Source: Deltaproteobacteria bacterium (GTDB lineage: Bacteria; Desulfobacterota; Desulfobacteria; Desulfobacterales; C00003060). Taken from it: a stretch of 64,000 nt of DNA. The notes under the pieces were generated by a model. It was not told the origin of the DNA and made no database searches. It saw only the letters and a list, made by a program, of their open reading frames with translations. Position numbers and translations under genes: made by a program. Where the stretch lies: the NCBI GenBank assembly GCA_016930875.1, contig JAFGFW010000021.1, forward strand, positions 16,416-80,415, in the 5' to 3' direction. Positions 46,144 through 54,717 of this stretch are shown in pieces (positions within the stretch are counted from its first letter, which is position 1; each line of letters opens with the position of its first letter).

Positions 46144-46804
46144 AAAGCAGGAGGCGTTCATAGACAACCTGCCTGATGAAATTCTCGCCGAGTTTTACCT
46201 GACAGGCGGTACCGCTCTCTCTGCATTCTACGTCGAGCACAGGCTTTCTAAAGACCTCGATTTCTTCACAGACACTGAAAAACAAATGCCTCGCATAGAA
46301 TTTCTGATAGCACTATTAAGGAGGCTTGCCTCCGTAAACGATATCCGTTATGAGCGTCTTTTTGATCGCAGGATATTTGAGGTTGTCTTCAAAGATAGTG
46401 ACACTCTTAAAGTGGAATTTTCCACCTATCCGTTCAAAAGCATCGAGGAACGAAGAAAAGACGGAAGGCTTGTGGTGGATAGCCTATTGAATATCGTCAC
46501 AGGAAAGCTCTTTGCCCTGAGCGATCGATATGATCCAAAGGATTTCGTAGACCTCTACTTTGTTCTGCGCAACTATGACTGGAGGTTGGGCGATTTGATA
46601 AGAAAAACCAAAGAGAGATTTGAAATCAGGGGGCTTGAGTACATTATTCCTGAGAGGCTACTTCTCGTGAAAAAGGTTGGGCTGGACGACCTTCCTATAA
46701 TGCTTAAGGAGATAGATGCAGAAGAGATGAAGCGCTATTTCCTGGGGCAGGTCTCCGAGTTGGCAAAGGAACTATCGGAGGGAAAAGGTAATGAACAGAG
46801 ATGA
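46121..46804 (+). CDS. AbiEii/AbiGii-family nucleotidyltransferase (type IV toxin-like)
   Basis: LTGGTALSAFYVEHRLSKDLDFF and KLFALSDRYDPKDFVDLYF motifs. Confidence 0.65.
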   Translation: MKNRILTEKQEAFIDNLPDEILAEFYLTGGTALSAFYVEHRLSKDLDFFTDTEKQMPRIEFLIALLRRLASVNDIRYERLFDRRIFEVVFKDSDTLKVEFSTYPFKSIEERRKDGRLVVDSLLNIVTGKLFALSDRYDPKDFVDLYFVLRNYDWRLGDLIRKTKERFEIRGLEYIIPERLLLVKKVGLDDLPIMLKEIDAEEMKRYFLGQVSELAKELSEGKGNEQR

Positions 46805-47081
46805 AATAGTCCTTTCTTTGCGCCGGTTTAAGGAGGTGAATAAGGACAGATACGAAATAATAAGAATAGGTATCTTTGGTTCGGCAGCCAGAGACAACAT
46901 GGATGAGCAAAGCGATATCGATGTTGTTGTGGAGCTTGGAAAACCGGATTTGTTCTATCTTATAGGAATTAAGCAGGATCTGGAGGAGAAGTTTCACAGA
47001 ACTGTAGATATTGTAAGATATCGGGAAAGAATGAATGCTTTTCTCAAAGGCAGAATAGACAAAGAGGCCGTTTATGTATGA
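46791..47081 (+). CDS. MNT-type minimal nucleotidyltransferase (MntA-like antitoxin)
   Basis: GIFGSAARDNMDEQSDIDVVV (GSxxR...DxD). Overlaps neighbouring genes. Confidence 0.85.
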   Translation: MNRDEIVLSLRRFKEVNKDRYEIIRIGIFGSAARDNMDEQSDIDVVVELGKPDLFYLIGIKQDLEEKFHRTVDIVRYRERMNAFLKGRIDKEAVYV

Positions 47082-47445
47082 CAAAGAGCTTGTTTTAGAA
47101 ATATTGTCTCAGATTTATCGGGCAAGCCAGACTATCTTGGAGCGTTTTGAACCGGTCAAATCTGTACATGATTTTACGGACTCACCAGCAGGCATGGAGA
47201 AACTTGACAGTATTTGTATGCTGCTGATCGCAATCGGCGAGGCATTAAAAAATCTGGACAAGGCGACAAATAAGACGCTTTTATTACGATATCCTCAAGT
47301 TGATTGGAAAAAAGCCAAAGGGATGAAGGATATCATCAGCCATCATTACTTTGAGGCGGACGCAGAGGTAATATACGACGTCTGCAAAAACAACATTGTT
47401 GAACTGGCACAAACCATAAAGCAAATAATTCAAGACATATCATAA
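47074..47445 (+). CDS. DUF86/HepT-like HEPN toxin
   Basis: The MKDIISHHYF segment occupies the position of the HEPN Rx4-6H motif, but its Arg is replaced by Lys here. 8-nt overlap with the MNT gene. Canonical MNT-HEPN pair. Confidence 0.8.
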   Translation: MYDKELVLEILSQIYRASQTILERFEPVKSVHDFTDSPAGMEKLDSICMLLIAIGEALKNLDKATNKTLLLRYPQVDWKKAKGMKDIISHHYFEADAEVIYDVCKNNIVELAQTIKQIIQDIS

Positions 47446-47550
47446 TGGCCTTGCACAAGAATTATGCACGTTCTGCACGAACGTCCCGGTTGACAACCAC
47501 AGAAAAAATCGGTATGGTGAAGCAGATAATCTGAAATACGGAGAATTGGT

Positions 47551-47814
47551 ATGCATGCCAGGACAATCCAAGTTCGAAAACGCGGCACCATCACGCTCCC
47601 GGTAACAATACGAGAGAAATATCATCTGGAGGAAGGTGACCCAATTACGCTGGTAGACCTGGGAGAAGGTGTTTTTCTCAGTCCGAAGCGTTCCTTGCTA
47701 CCAAAGCTCGCACAAGAAATTGATCGTTTGAGGGAAGAACACGGCGTTTCAACAGAAGAACTGATTGCAGGTGTGGCAGAGCAGCGGGCAAGATATGGCA
47801 CGGACGTGGAATAG
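47551..47814 (+). CDS. AbrB/SpoVT/MazE-fold antitoxin
   Basis: VRKRGTITLPVTIREKYHLEEGDPITL swapped-hairpin motif. Confidence 0.8.
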   Translation: MHARTIQVRKRGTITLPVTIREKYHLEEGDPITLVDLGEGVFLSPKRSLLPKLAQEIDRLREEHGVSTEELIAGVAEQRARYGTDVE

Positions 47815-47816
47815 AA

Positions 47817-48278
47817 GTGAAGGAACTCAATTTTCCAGTACCCGTATTTTTTGACTCAGATGTAATGATTGCCGGAAGTGCTTCTGCCAGTGGCGCATCC
47901 TTTGCCCTCCTACAGCTAGCTGAATTGGGTCTCATCATAGGGCATATTTCCGTCCAAGTGCTGGAGGAGTGCCGAAGAAACCTTGCCAAGAAACTGCCCA
48001 GCGCTATCGCCCCTTTTGAGAAAATTGTTCAAAGATGTCTAACGGTCAGGAGAAAGTTGCCCGACGAACATTCATTATCTCTGGCCTCAAACCAGGCAGA
48101 CAAGAAAGATGTTCCCATATTAGCATCCGCATTGGAAACAAAAGCATGTTTTCTGGTTATTTTTAATGTGAAGGATTATTGGCCTGCCAACACTATAGGA
48201 CTAGAGATTTTGACACCCGGGGAGTTGTTGTCCCGTATTCGATCGGCTTTGAATAAACTGTCTGACGACGGATCGTGA
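47817..48278 (+). CDS. PIN-domain toxin
   Basis: VFFDSDVMIAG...VLEECRRNL...DKKDVPILASAL...LVIFNVKDY. Starts 3 nt after the antitoxin stop. Confidence 0.7.
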   Translation: MKELNFPVPVFFDSDVMIAGSASASGASFALLQLAELGLIIGHISVQVLEECRRNLAKKLPSAIAPFEKIVQRCLTVRRKLPDEHSLSLASNQADKKDVPILASALETKACFLVIFNVKDYWPANTIGLEILTPGELLSRIRSALNKLSDDGS

Positions 48279-48446
48279 CAAATGCATGCCGTTGTTGAAA
48301 AAGCTGCATTAAAGATATCAGTAGCTGAATTCTATTTACGATTTCAAGAGCAAGCGCTGGGGGATGCCACATATTGAAACAAAGCCAGCGCGTGTCGATC
48401 ACTCCACAGCCATTTTCTATCCCCTTTTTGAATGGTCTATGTCAAA

Positions 48447-48737
48447 TCAACGGGGGACGTCGAGCTTCTTTTCTTGCTCGATTTTTTCGTGAAGCCAGAT
48501 CGACATGAGTTGGGTGTGAGAAATACCTTTATTGCGGGCAATGCGTTTTAGCATCGAGATATCAAATGGGTCCAGACGAAGTGATACAGGCTGACGGGCA
48601 GGACGTGGAACTTTAAAAGGCTCTGCCTTGTCAAGGAGTTTTTGAACCTGTTCCGGACTCTCGCCGGCAATGGCGGCATCCCATTCATTAGCTTCTTTCT
48701 GGAGCCTTTTTCTTATTTTCTTTGGGAGTGTGCTCAT
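48447..48737 (-). CDS. BrnA-family (RHH) antitoxin
   Basis: PVSLRLDPFDISMLKRIARNKGISHTQLMSIWLHEKI. ATG at 48737 overlaps the BrnT stop (ATGA). Confidence 0.75.
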   Translation of the reverse strand: MSTLPKKIRKRLQKEANEWDAAIAGESPEQVQKLLDKAEPFKVPRPARQPVSLRLDPFDISMLKRIARNKGISHTQLMSIWLHEKIEQEKKLDVPR

Positions 48738-49054
48738 TTCCTGATCCTCCTGAAATAGGCCTTTTTGGTGGAAGTCGACATAGGAAATGCTGTTACGCAT
48801 CTCCATACCCCATGCTCAGGATAGGGGGCCACAATGACTTCGATACAGAGTCCGGAGGCATCAGTGCCCCACAGACGGTATCGATATTCGGTAGATTTTC
48901 CCCTCTTCTTTTTATTTTTAAGAGCAAGGGTCGGAAACGGCCCCTCACTGTGGTAAACCTCCTCCACCTGGGCGGGGCGTAGCCTATGAGTGGCAATGTG
49001 ATTGATATTGCCTTCGTCCCAGTCAGGCTTAAGAGATTGGTCGAGCTTGATCAC
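48734..49054 (-). CDS. BrnT-family (DUF497) toxin
   Basis: DWDEGNINHIATHRLRPAQVEEV pattern. Paired with the BrnA-like gene. Confidence 0.75.
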   Translation of the reverse strand: MIKLDQSLKPDWDEGNINHIATHRLRPAQVEEVYHSEGPFPTLALKNKKKRGKSTEYRYRLWGTDASGLCIEVIVAPYPEHGVWRCVTAFPMSTSTKKAYFRRIRK

Positions 49055-49114
49055 GAAGTGAATATAGCGTAATTATTTGATTACGTCAAGGTACCCATTC
49101 GCTTCACATCAGCA

Positions 49115-49357
49115 GTGAGGGGCTCATGGGTTGGGACAATAGTCAACAATAGGAAAATAGTACTGACCCCTTCATCGGCAAGCACCCGGGGCCACGTGTT
49201 TGTGGTAATGTTGGCCTATTTGCTGGAGCGTGAACTGTATAAGCATTGGCATAGCTTACAAGTGACGATACCAGAGGGTATTGATGAGTTGGGTTCACTG
49301 CGAGGAGTGGAGATCACTATCGACATCTCTATATTGCTGATTTGCCAACCTATTTAG
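49115..49357 (+). pseudogene. C-terminal remnant of an IS1634/IS4-type DDE transposase
   Basis: TRGHVFVVMLAYLLERELYKHWHSLQVTIPEGIDEL resembles the conserved C-terminal block of IS1634-family transposases, as recalled. No upstream catalytic portion is present. Confidence 0.5.
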
Positions 49358-49541
49358 GAGGTCAATTTTTTGCTTGACAGGAAGAGCATAGAATGTCCCT
49401 AAAATGTCCCAGGTGAAGTCTGTCTCCCTTGACCGTTTTACAACGAGACTGGGCGCCGTCTTCGCCTCCCTGCTGGAGGAGGTTGCGGTTGCAATCGCTT
49501 TTTGCGTGGGGTACCAAGGTGTCTGAGTCAAAGGATAGGTC

Positions 49542-49646
49542 ATGACTGAAGAATATTATGCGCATAGCGTGGAAGGGAAACCACCTTCCGAATGGCAGCC
49601 GCTTGATCAACATTTGAAGAATGTTGCAAAAATGGCCCGTTTATTA
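49542..49646 (+). pseudogene. cas3: Truncated 5' fragment of a cas3 (HD-domain N-terminus), copy A
   Basis: MTEEYYAHSVEGKPPSEWQPLDQHLKNVAKMARL is a typical Cas3 N-terminus. Similarity ends before the HD motif. Confidence 0.6.
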
Positions 49647-49949
49647 ATCAGCACAAATTATGATCGTTTCTATTGTAATATCTTGTACTTGGTTTGGTCC
49701 GACCCCATTCCAACGGGACAGATCACAGATCAAGGGGCGGCCCGAGTTTGCTCCCAAGGAATTTCATCAAAAAAAAGCCTAAGTGTGACCGTATCTGTCA
49801 CAGTGTTATGTTATAAGAGCAGCAAATAAAAGAATGGGCCAGCGCCTTAAGCTGTACTTTGGCGCTGGCTCATAATACCCAACCAATTCAAATCACTGGT
49901 ACATATGATAACCTGATCCGCACCCAAAACCGCTAAACAGGGAACAGCC

Positions 49950-51019
49950 ATGCGGGGTGAACAGTTAACCAGGCAGTGGCGTATCTTGCGTACCATCGAG
50001 TCCGGAAAGAATGGCGCCACCGTGGCCGAGCTTGCCGCACAAGAAAACTGTCACCCCCGCACCATCTGGCGCGATGTTGCCGCCATCCAGGCAGCGGGTT
50101 TTCCCCTCTATTCCGAAAAAAGTGGTCACAAAAGCCGCTGGGGCTTTGTCGAAGGCTACAAGTTTCAACTCCCGGTACCGTTTACCGTCACGGAGTTGAT
50201 GAGCCTTTATTTCTACCGTGACATCCTTCGGATTTTCAAAAACACCGTCTTTTATGAATCCCTGGATGAACTATTTCGCAAGGTCAGAGCCACCCTCCCG
50301 GAAGAGAGCCTTTCCTACTGAGGCGCATTGAGCAGACCTTTCACATCGGTTTCAAGCCTTTCAAGGACTACTCCAGATTCAAAGAAGTCATAAAACAGAT
50401 CGATGAGGCCGCTCTGAAGCTCCGGGTCGTTGAGATGCGCTATTATTCCATGTCTTCAAAGCGCGAGACCACGCGCAAGGTAGACCCGTACAAAGTCTGG
50501 TTTTTTAACGGCACCCTTTACTTGATCGGCTGGTGCCATGTGCACGACGACGTCCGGATGTTCGTGCTGGACCGCATCCGGCTTCTCCATGTGACAGATG
50601 AGCGATTCATCCCGCCCGACGATTTCGACTTGGACGAATACATGAAGGACTCTTTCGGTGTTTTTCATACGGATGTGGAGAAGGTAACCATCAGGTTCGA
50701 CAAGGCATTGGAAAGATATCTTAAGGAAAACATCTGGCACCCCTCGCAGATATTCAAGAAAGGAAAAGACGGCAGCCTCCTCATGACCATGGAGGTCGGG
50801 GGGTTTTGCGAGGTGATGAGCTGGGTCCTCGGCTTCGGCAGGCAGGCCGAGGTGCTGGAACCGGAGCATTTGCGGAAGGCTGTGGCAGAGGAGCTTGTGG
50901 TTGCGGCGGAGAAGTATGCAGAAGATCCCTCCCATGTGTGCGAGCAAGATTCGGTTGGTTTTGAGGTTAAGGAAAAGCATGCGGGTTATGGGAAAGGTGC
51001 AAAGACAAAGAAGAGATAA
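49950..51019 (+). pseudogene. HTH-WYL-WCX transcriptional regulator disrupted by a 1-nt frameshift near 50318
   Basis: The N-terminal wHTH ORF (49950-50321) ends in ...LPEESLSY*. The +2 frame continues as LRRIEQTFHIG... through the WYL core (KVDPYKVWFFNGTLYLIGWCHVHDDVRMFVLDRI) and the WCX tail. Confidence 0.7.
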
Positions 51020-51172
51020 CATAGGGAGTGTTGGGACTGAGGCTTTGGGTATGTTTTCCACCACCCTTCCCAAAGCTGTCCCCAAGGTCCAATATTACTG
51101 CTTGTCAGTCAATATCCTCACCAAGTCCATCAAGGTCAAGGAAGAGGCCGCATCCTGTGGAGGCGTCAGTTC

Positions 51173-52216
51173 ATGAAGACCCTCGAACAGCTCTCCACTC
51201 GACCAGAGATGATACCGGCCATTACCACATGGTATCTAACACACTTGGCCGAGGCCAAAGGTAAACAAGCGCTTTTTCTCAAACATGGCCTTCAACGGCT
51301 CAAGGCGTTAAGGGAACACGCCATCATCGAAAGTGCTATTTCGTCAAATCGGATTGAAGGCGTACGGGTTGATCAAGCTCGTGTCCAAGCAGTGGTTTTG
51401 GGTAAGTCACGTCTCAAGGACAGAGATGAAGAGGAGGTCCGAGGGTATGGAAATGCTATAAACCTGATTCATGAGGAAGGTGCTGATCTCGAGGTATCGG
51501 AAGAGGCAATCTTTAAGCTGCATCGCCTTGCTCGCGGTGGGATCTGGGATTCCGGCAAGTACAAAGAAAAAGAGAGCGACATTGTCGAAAGGTGCCCGGA
51601 TGGCAGATCGCGGGTGCGCTTCAAAACAGTCGAAGCAGTTCAATGCCCCGAGTTTATGGGCCAACTGAACTCTCTTTGGCATCGCGCCATCGAAGAGCAA
51701 TGGGCACATCCCCTCATTGTCGTAGCCGGGTTTAATCTCGATTTTCTGTGCATCCATCCCTTTCGTGACGGTAACGGCCGGGTTTCCCGACTATTGCTTC
51801 TCCTTCAGGCCTACCATTTGGGATATGGGGTAGGTCGTTACATCAGCATTGAAAGGCTGATCGAACAAAACAAAGACCGGTACTATGAAACTCTGGGGCT
51901 GAGCTCCCAGGGCTGGCATGAGGGGCAGCACGATCCCTGGCCGTATGTGAATTATATTTTGTTCATCCTGAAGACAGCCTGCGCTGAATTCGAGGACCGA
52001 CTGGGCCGGTTGAAAAGTCCGCGCGGCTTCAAGACCGAACTCGTCAAAGACGCCATAGAGAGAAGGTTCGGGGAATTCACTCTATCGGACCTTGAAATTA
52101 CCTGTCCGGGTGTCAGCCGAGACATGATCCGCCGGGTGCTGCAAGAACTGCAAAAGCAAGGTATGGTCGAATGCCTCGGTCGAGGTCCAGGGGCGCCGTG
52201 GCGGAAAAATAGGTAA
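51173..52216 (+). CDS. Fic/DOC-family protein with N-terminal inhibitory helix and C-terminal winged helix
   Basis: Fic motif HPFRDGNGRVSR. The N-terminal SNRIEG matches the [ST]xxxE[GN] auto-inhibition motif. Confidence 0.9.
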   Translation: MKTLEQLSTRPEMIPAITTWYLTHLAEAKGKQALFLKHGLQRLKALREHAIIESAISSNRIEGVRVDQARVQAVVLGKSRLKDRDEEEVRGYGNAINLIHEEGADLEVSEEAIFKLHRLARGGIWDSGKYKEKESDIVERCPDGRSRVRFKTVEAVQCPEFMGQLNSLWHRAIEEQWAHPLIVVAGFNLDFLCIHPFRDGNGRVSRLLLLLQAYHLGYGVGRYISIERLIEQNKDRYYETLGLSSQGWHEGQHDPWPYVNYILFILKTACAEFEDRLGRLKSPRGFKTELVKDAIERRFGEFTLSDLEITCPGVSRDMIRRVLQELQKQGMVECLGRGPGAPWRKNR

Positions 52217-52457
52217 TATCCTTAAAAGGGGTAATAAAGAGGGTAATATTGTTTCAGAAAAATGCAAATGCCGGATTGAGGCAGACCTCCTGTCCCCCGG
52301 CGACCGAGAAACGGAACAGTTCCGAAAGGATCTTGCAAGAGCAAAGCGCCGCCTTCTTGGCACAAGAGTCAAGCGCAGACCCCTTGTCAGGCTCCATCGG
52401 ATGCTTTCAGACTTCCTCTCTGGGACTTGAAGGACTAACGGATAAGAGGGACGTTCG

Positions 52458-52610
52458 ATGATCCAAAACTACTATGCGCACAGCTTGGAAGGAAGGCCGC
52501 CGAGTGAGTGGCAGCCGCTTGATCAACATTTGAAGAATGTTGCAAAAATGGCCCGTTCATTTGCCGAGGCTTTTGGTCCAAGAGATTGGGGCTGTCTTGC
52601 GGGACTAAAG
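52458..52610 (+). pseudogene. cas3: Truncated 5' fragment of a cas3 (HD-domain N-terminus), copy B
   Basis: MIQNYYAHSLEGRPPSEWQPLDQHLKNVAKMARSFAEAFGPRDWGCLAGL stops being Cas3-like just before the expected HDxGK. A hairpin acgcccct-ttgg-aggggcgt lies at 52613-52632. Confidence 0.6.
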
Positions 52611-52926
52611 AAACGCCCCTTTGGAGGGGCGTCAGGCCGACGATGCTAATGCCGGCGGGGCTCAATTGATCTTCATGCCATCAAAAAGCAGGCTTTGAAG
52701 TCAACATTTCGTTGTTCCTGCATTGAGGTACATTTTTGGGATGTTCTCAATTCGGAATCCCTACCGCTGCCAATATTTCCTTGGCATTGTGGTTGGAAAC
52801 TACAAAAAAAGTCTTTTTTGTCATTTCGACCGATTTTCGACGTCCGTGTTTCCGACAGTATACCCTGGGGTAGACTGAGGCAATATTATGGTTTGACCGC
52901 AGAAAATCTCGCTATATACTAAGACC

Positions 52927-53898
52927 ATGCAACGCATGATCTCCCCTGCCGTAAGAAGGACATACCGCTTGATCAAACTGATCCAGGAGATTAAGTGCAG
53001 TCCAAAACAACCCATTGATCGATTGATCCATAATCTCGGAATAAGCAAGGCCCAATTTTACAAAGACAAAAAGTCCTTGGCAGAGTTGGAATTCGAGTTT
53101 CGTTACAGCAGGCCGCTCGGCCGCTTTGTCGTCACCAAAGATGCCTTCCTGCCTGTTGAAGATTTGAGTATCAGCGAACGCCTATCCCTCGTGATGGCCG
53201 TAAGGCAGTTGTCAGCCGCTGGAGACTACCTCCTCAGTTTTGAGGGCCTGAATGCGGCCCGCAAATTGACGGCAGACCTTCCGGGGCCGCTTCGGGACAG
53301 CACACACGTGTTGTTTGACGACCTGGTTCTAAAGCAGGGCTTTGGCTGCGACAGAAAGATCCTGGAAAGGCTTCAAACCGCCATAGGCGAAAGCAGACGC
53401 GTGGTCCTTGATTATTTGCGGCCCGAATCAGACAAACCAACACCTGAAGAATTAGACCCATATCATCTCTTTTTCAAGAGGCGTGCCCTTTACGTAGAAG
53501 GATATTCCTGGACCGAAAAAGGAATCCGCATGTACCGGGTCAACCGGATCAAGGCCGTTCGCTTTACACCCATGCAGTTTACAGTCAGGCAAGATTATGA
53601 TTTTGCCAGGCGTCATAAAAACGCCTTTTCAGCCTTCCCTGGCGAGCAAACCGAAAAAGTCGCGGTTCGTTTCAGCCCAAAGGTTCGCCCTTACATCGAA
53701 GAATCCCTCTGGCACTACAGTCAGGTCATTAGCAAGGAAAAGGATGGAACAATCCGGTTTGAAGTGGACGTAGCCGAACCGAGAGAGGTTATGTGGTGGG
53801 CCTTTCAGTGGGGGGCAGAGGCGGAGATCCTGGAACCGGGATGGCTGCGGGAGGAGGCGAAAAGGGAAATGATAAAGATGAGTAAGCGTTATGATTAA
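52927..53898 (+). CDS. HTH-WYL-WCX transcriptional regulator (intact)
   Basis: N-terminal HTH (RLIHNLGISKAQFYKDKKSL), WYL core (LDPYHLFFKRRALYVEGYSWTEKGIRMYRVNRI) and C-terminal EVMWWAFQWGAEAEILEP. Confidence 0.8.
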   Translation: MQRMISPAVRRTYRLIKLIQEIKCSPKQPIDRLIHNLGISKAQFYKDKKSLAELEFEFRYSRPLGRFVVTKDAFLPVEDLSISERLSLVMAVRQLSAAGDYLLSFEGLNAARKLTADLPGPLRDSTHVLFDDLVLKQGFGCDRKILERLQTAIGESRRVVLDYLRPESDKPTPEELDPYHLFFKRRALYVEGYSWTEKGIRMYRVNRIKAVRFTPMQFTVRQDYDFARRHKNAFSAFPGEQTEKVAVRFSPKVRPYIEESLWHYSQVISKEKDGTIRFEVDVAEPREVMWWAFQWGAEAEILEPGWLREEAKREMIKMSKRYD

Positions 53899-53989
53899 TC
53901 CTGAAACCTGCGTTATTTGAACGGGTTCAGAATGTGGATATCATCAATGACTGTGTCGTGTGATAAATCTTCGGTAAGAAAAGAAGGCC

Positions 53990-54223
53990 CTATCTTTCAT
54001 GAAGCTCGTTCCTGGTCCATGTCTTTGGTCCAACCTGGATTGGCCTTTTTTTCATCAAGTCGATTATTCGATTCATGGCCTCCTGGTATTGTTCGTCATG
54101 GTGGACCAGGTTTTCCAATTGACCTCTCACAAATTTGGTCAGGGTCGTTTTTCTTTTTTGACAGGCAATCCTGGCCTTATAGAGAACGTCTTCGTCGAGA
54201 GAAAGGGTCAAATTTCGTCTCAT
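53990..54223 (-). CDS. Ribbon-helix-helix antitoxin-like protein without a cognate toxin
   Basis: MRRNLTLSLDEDVLYKARI... with a C-terminal ...WTRNELHER. The downstream overlapping ATG opens only an 18-codon ORF. Confidence 0.55.
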   Translation of the reverse strand: MRRNLTLSLDEDVLYKARIACQKRKTTLTKFVRGQLENLVHHDEQYQEAMNRIIDLMKKRPIQVGPKTWTRNELHER

Positions 54224-54544
54224 GTCCACCCTCCTGTGCTCACATATTATGTGAAAAAGAATAGTATGTTGTCTGCAACATGTCAAACAAAAATGATCGA
54301 ATCAACATCCCATGAAAAAAGTCAGACGTTGTCCGTCCTTTTGTCCGGACTCAAGAGCACGGTTAGTTGTGAATGCAAGTTTCCCAGATGCTGTTTGGAA
54401 AATCTCTACTGCCCTTGGCGGTACGAACAACAAGGTCTTTGCCTCACTTTACAAGCTTCAACTCCCTGATCCGGAAATCCTGGCACGGAAGATCGAAGCG
54501 GAACGGCGGCGTCTGGAACAACGGCAGGGTTTGAAAAAGCCGAT

Positions 54545-54595
54545 CCCCCTCACCCAAACCCTCTCCCCCGTGGGGGAGAGGGCAGGGTGAGGGGG
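54545..54595. repeat. Nested GC-rich palindromic element
   Basis: ccccctcaccc-aaa-ccctctccccc-gtg-ggggagaggg-ca-gggtgaggggg. Confidence 0.6.
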
Positions 54596-54624
54596 CAACC
54601 TCAAGTTTGAGAAGTTGCGAGAAT

Positions 54625-54685
54625 TGGAGGTGGCAGAACTGAGGGAGGTTATGTGGTGGGCCTTTAAGTGGGGGGCGGAAGGCAC
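54625..54685 (+). pseudogene. Relic of the 3' end of a WYL-regulator gene
   Basis: gagggaggttatgtggtgggcctttaagtggggggcggaagg matches 53781-53822 of the intact WYL gene with about 4 mismatches. Encodes REVMWWAFKWGAEG. Confidence 0.65.
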
Positions 54686-54717
54686 AAGCGCTAACTTGTC
54701 ACAGCGAGGGGTGGCAT

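Noticed and set aside
50300-50330. Programmed ribosomal frameshift or selenocysteine recoding at the WYL gene TGA.
   Set aside because: The downstream domain continues in a different frame, so TGA read-through would not restore it. No slippery heptamer or SECIS-like hairpin was seen. A simple indel is more parsimonious.
54312-54590. 92-aa ORF between the RHH gene and the cas operon.
   Set aside because: Its 3' end runs into the GC-rich palindrome, and it has no RBS or motif. It may contain a relic of another gene's 3' end, but I cannot support a call.
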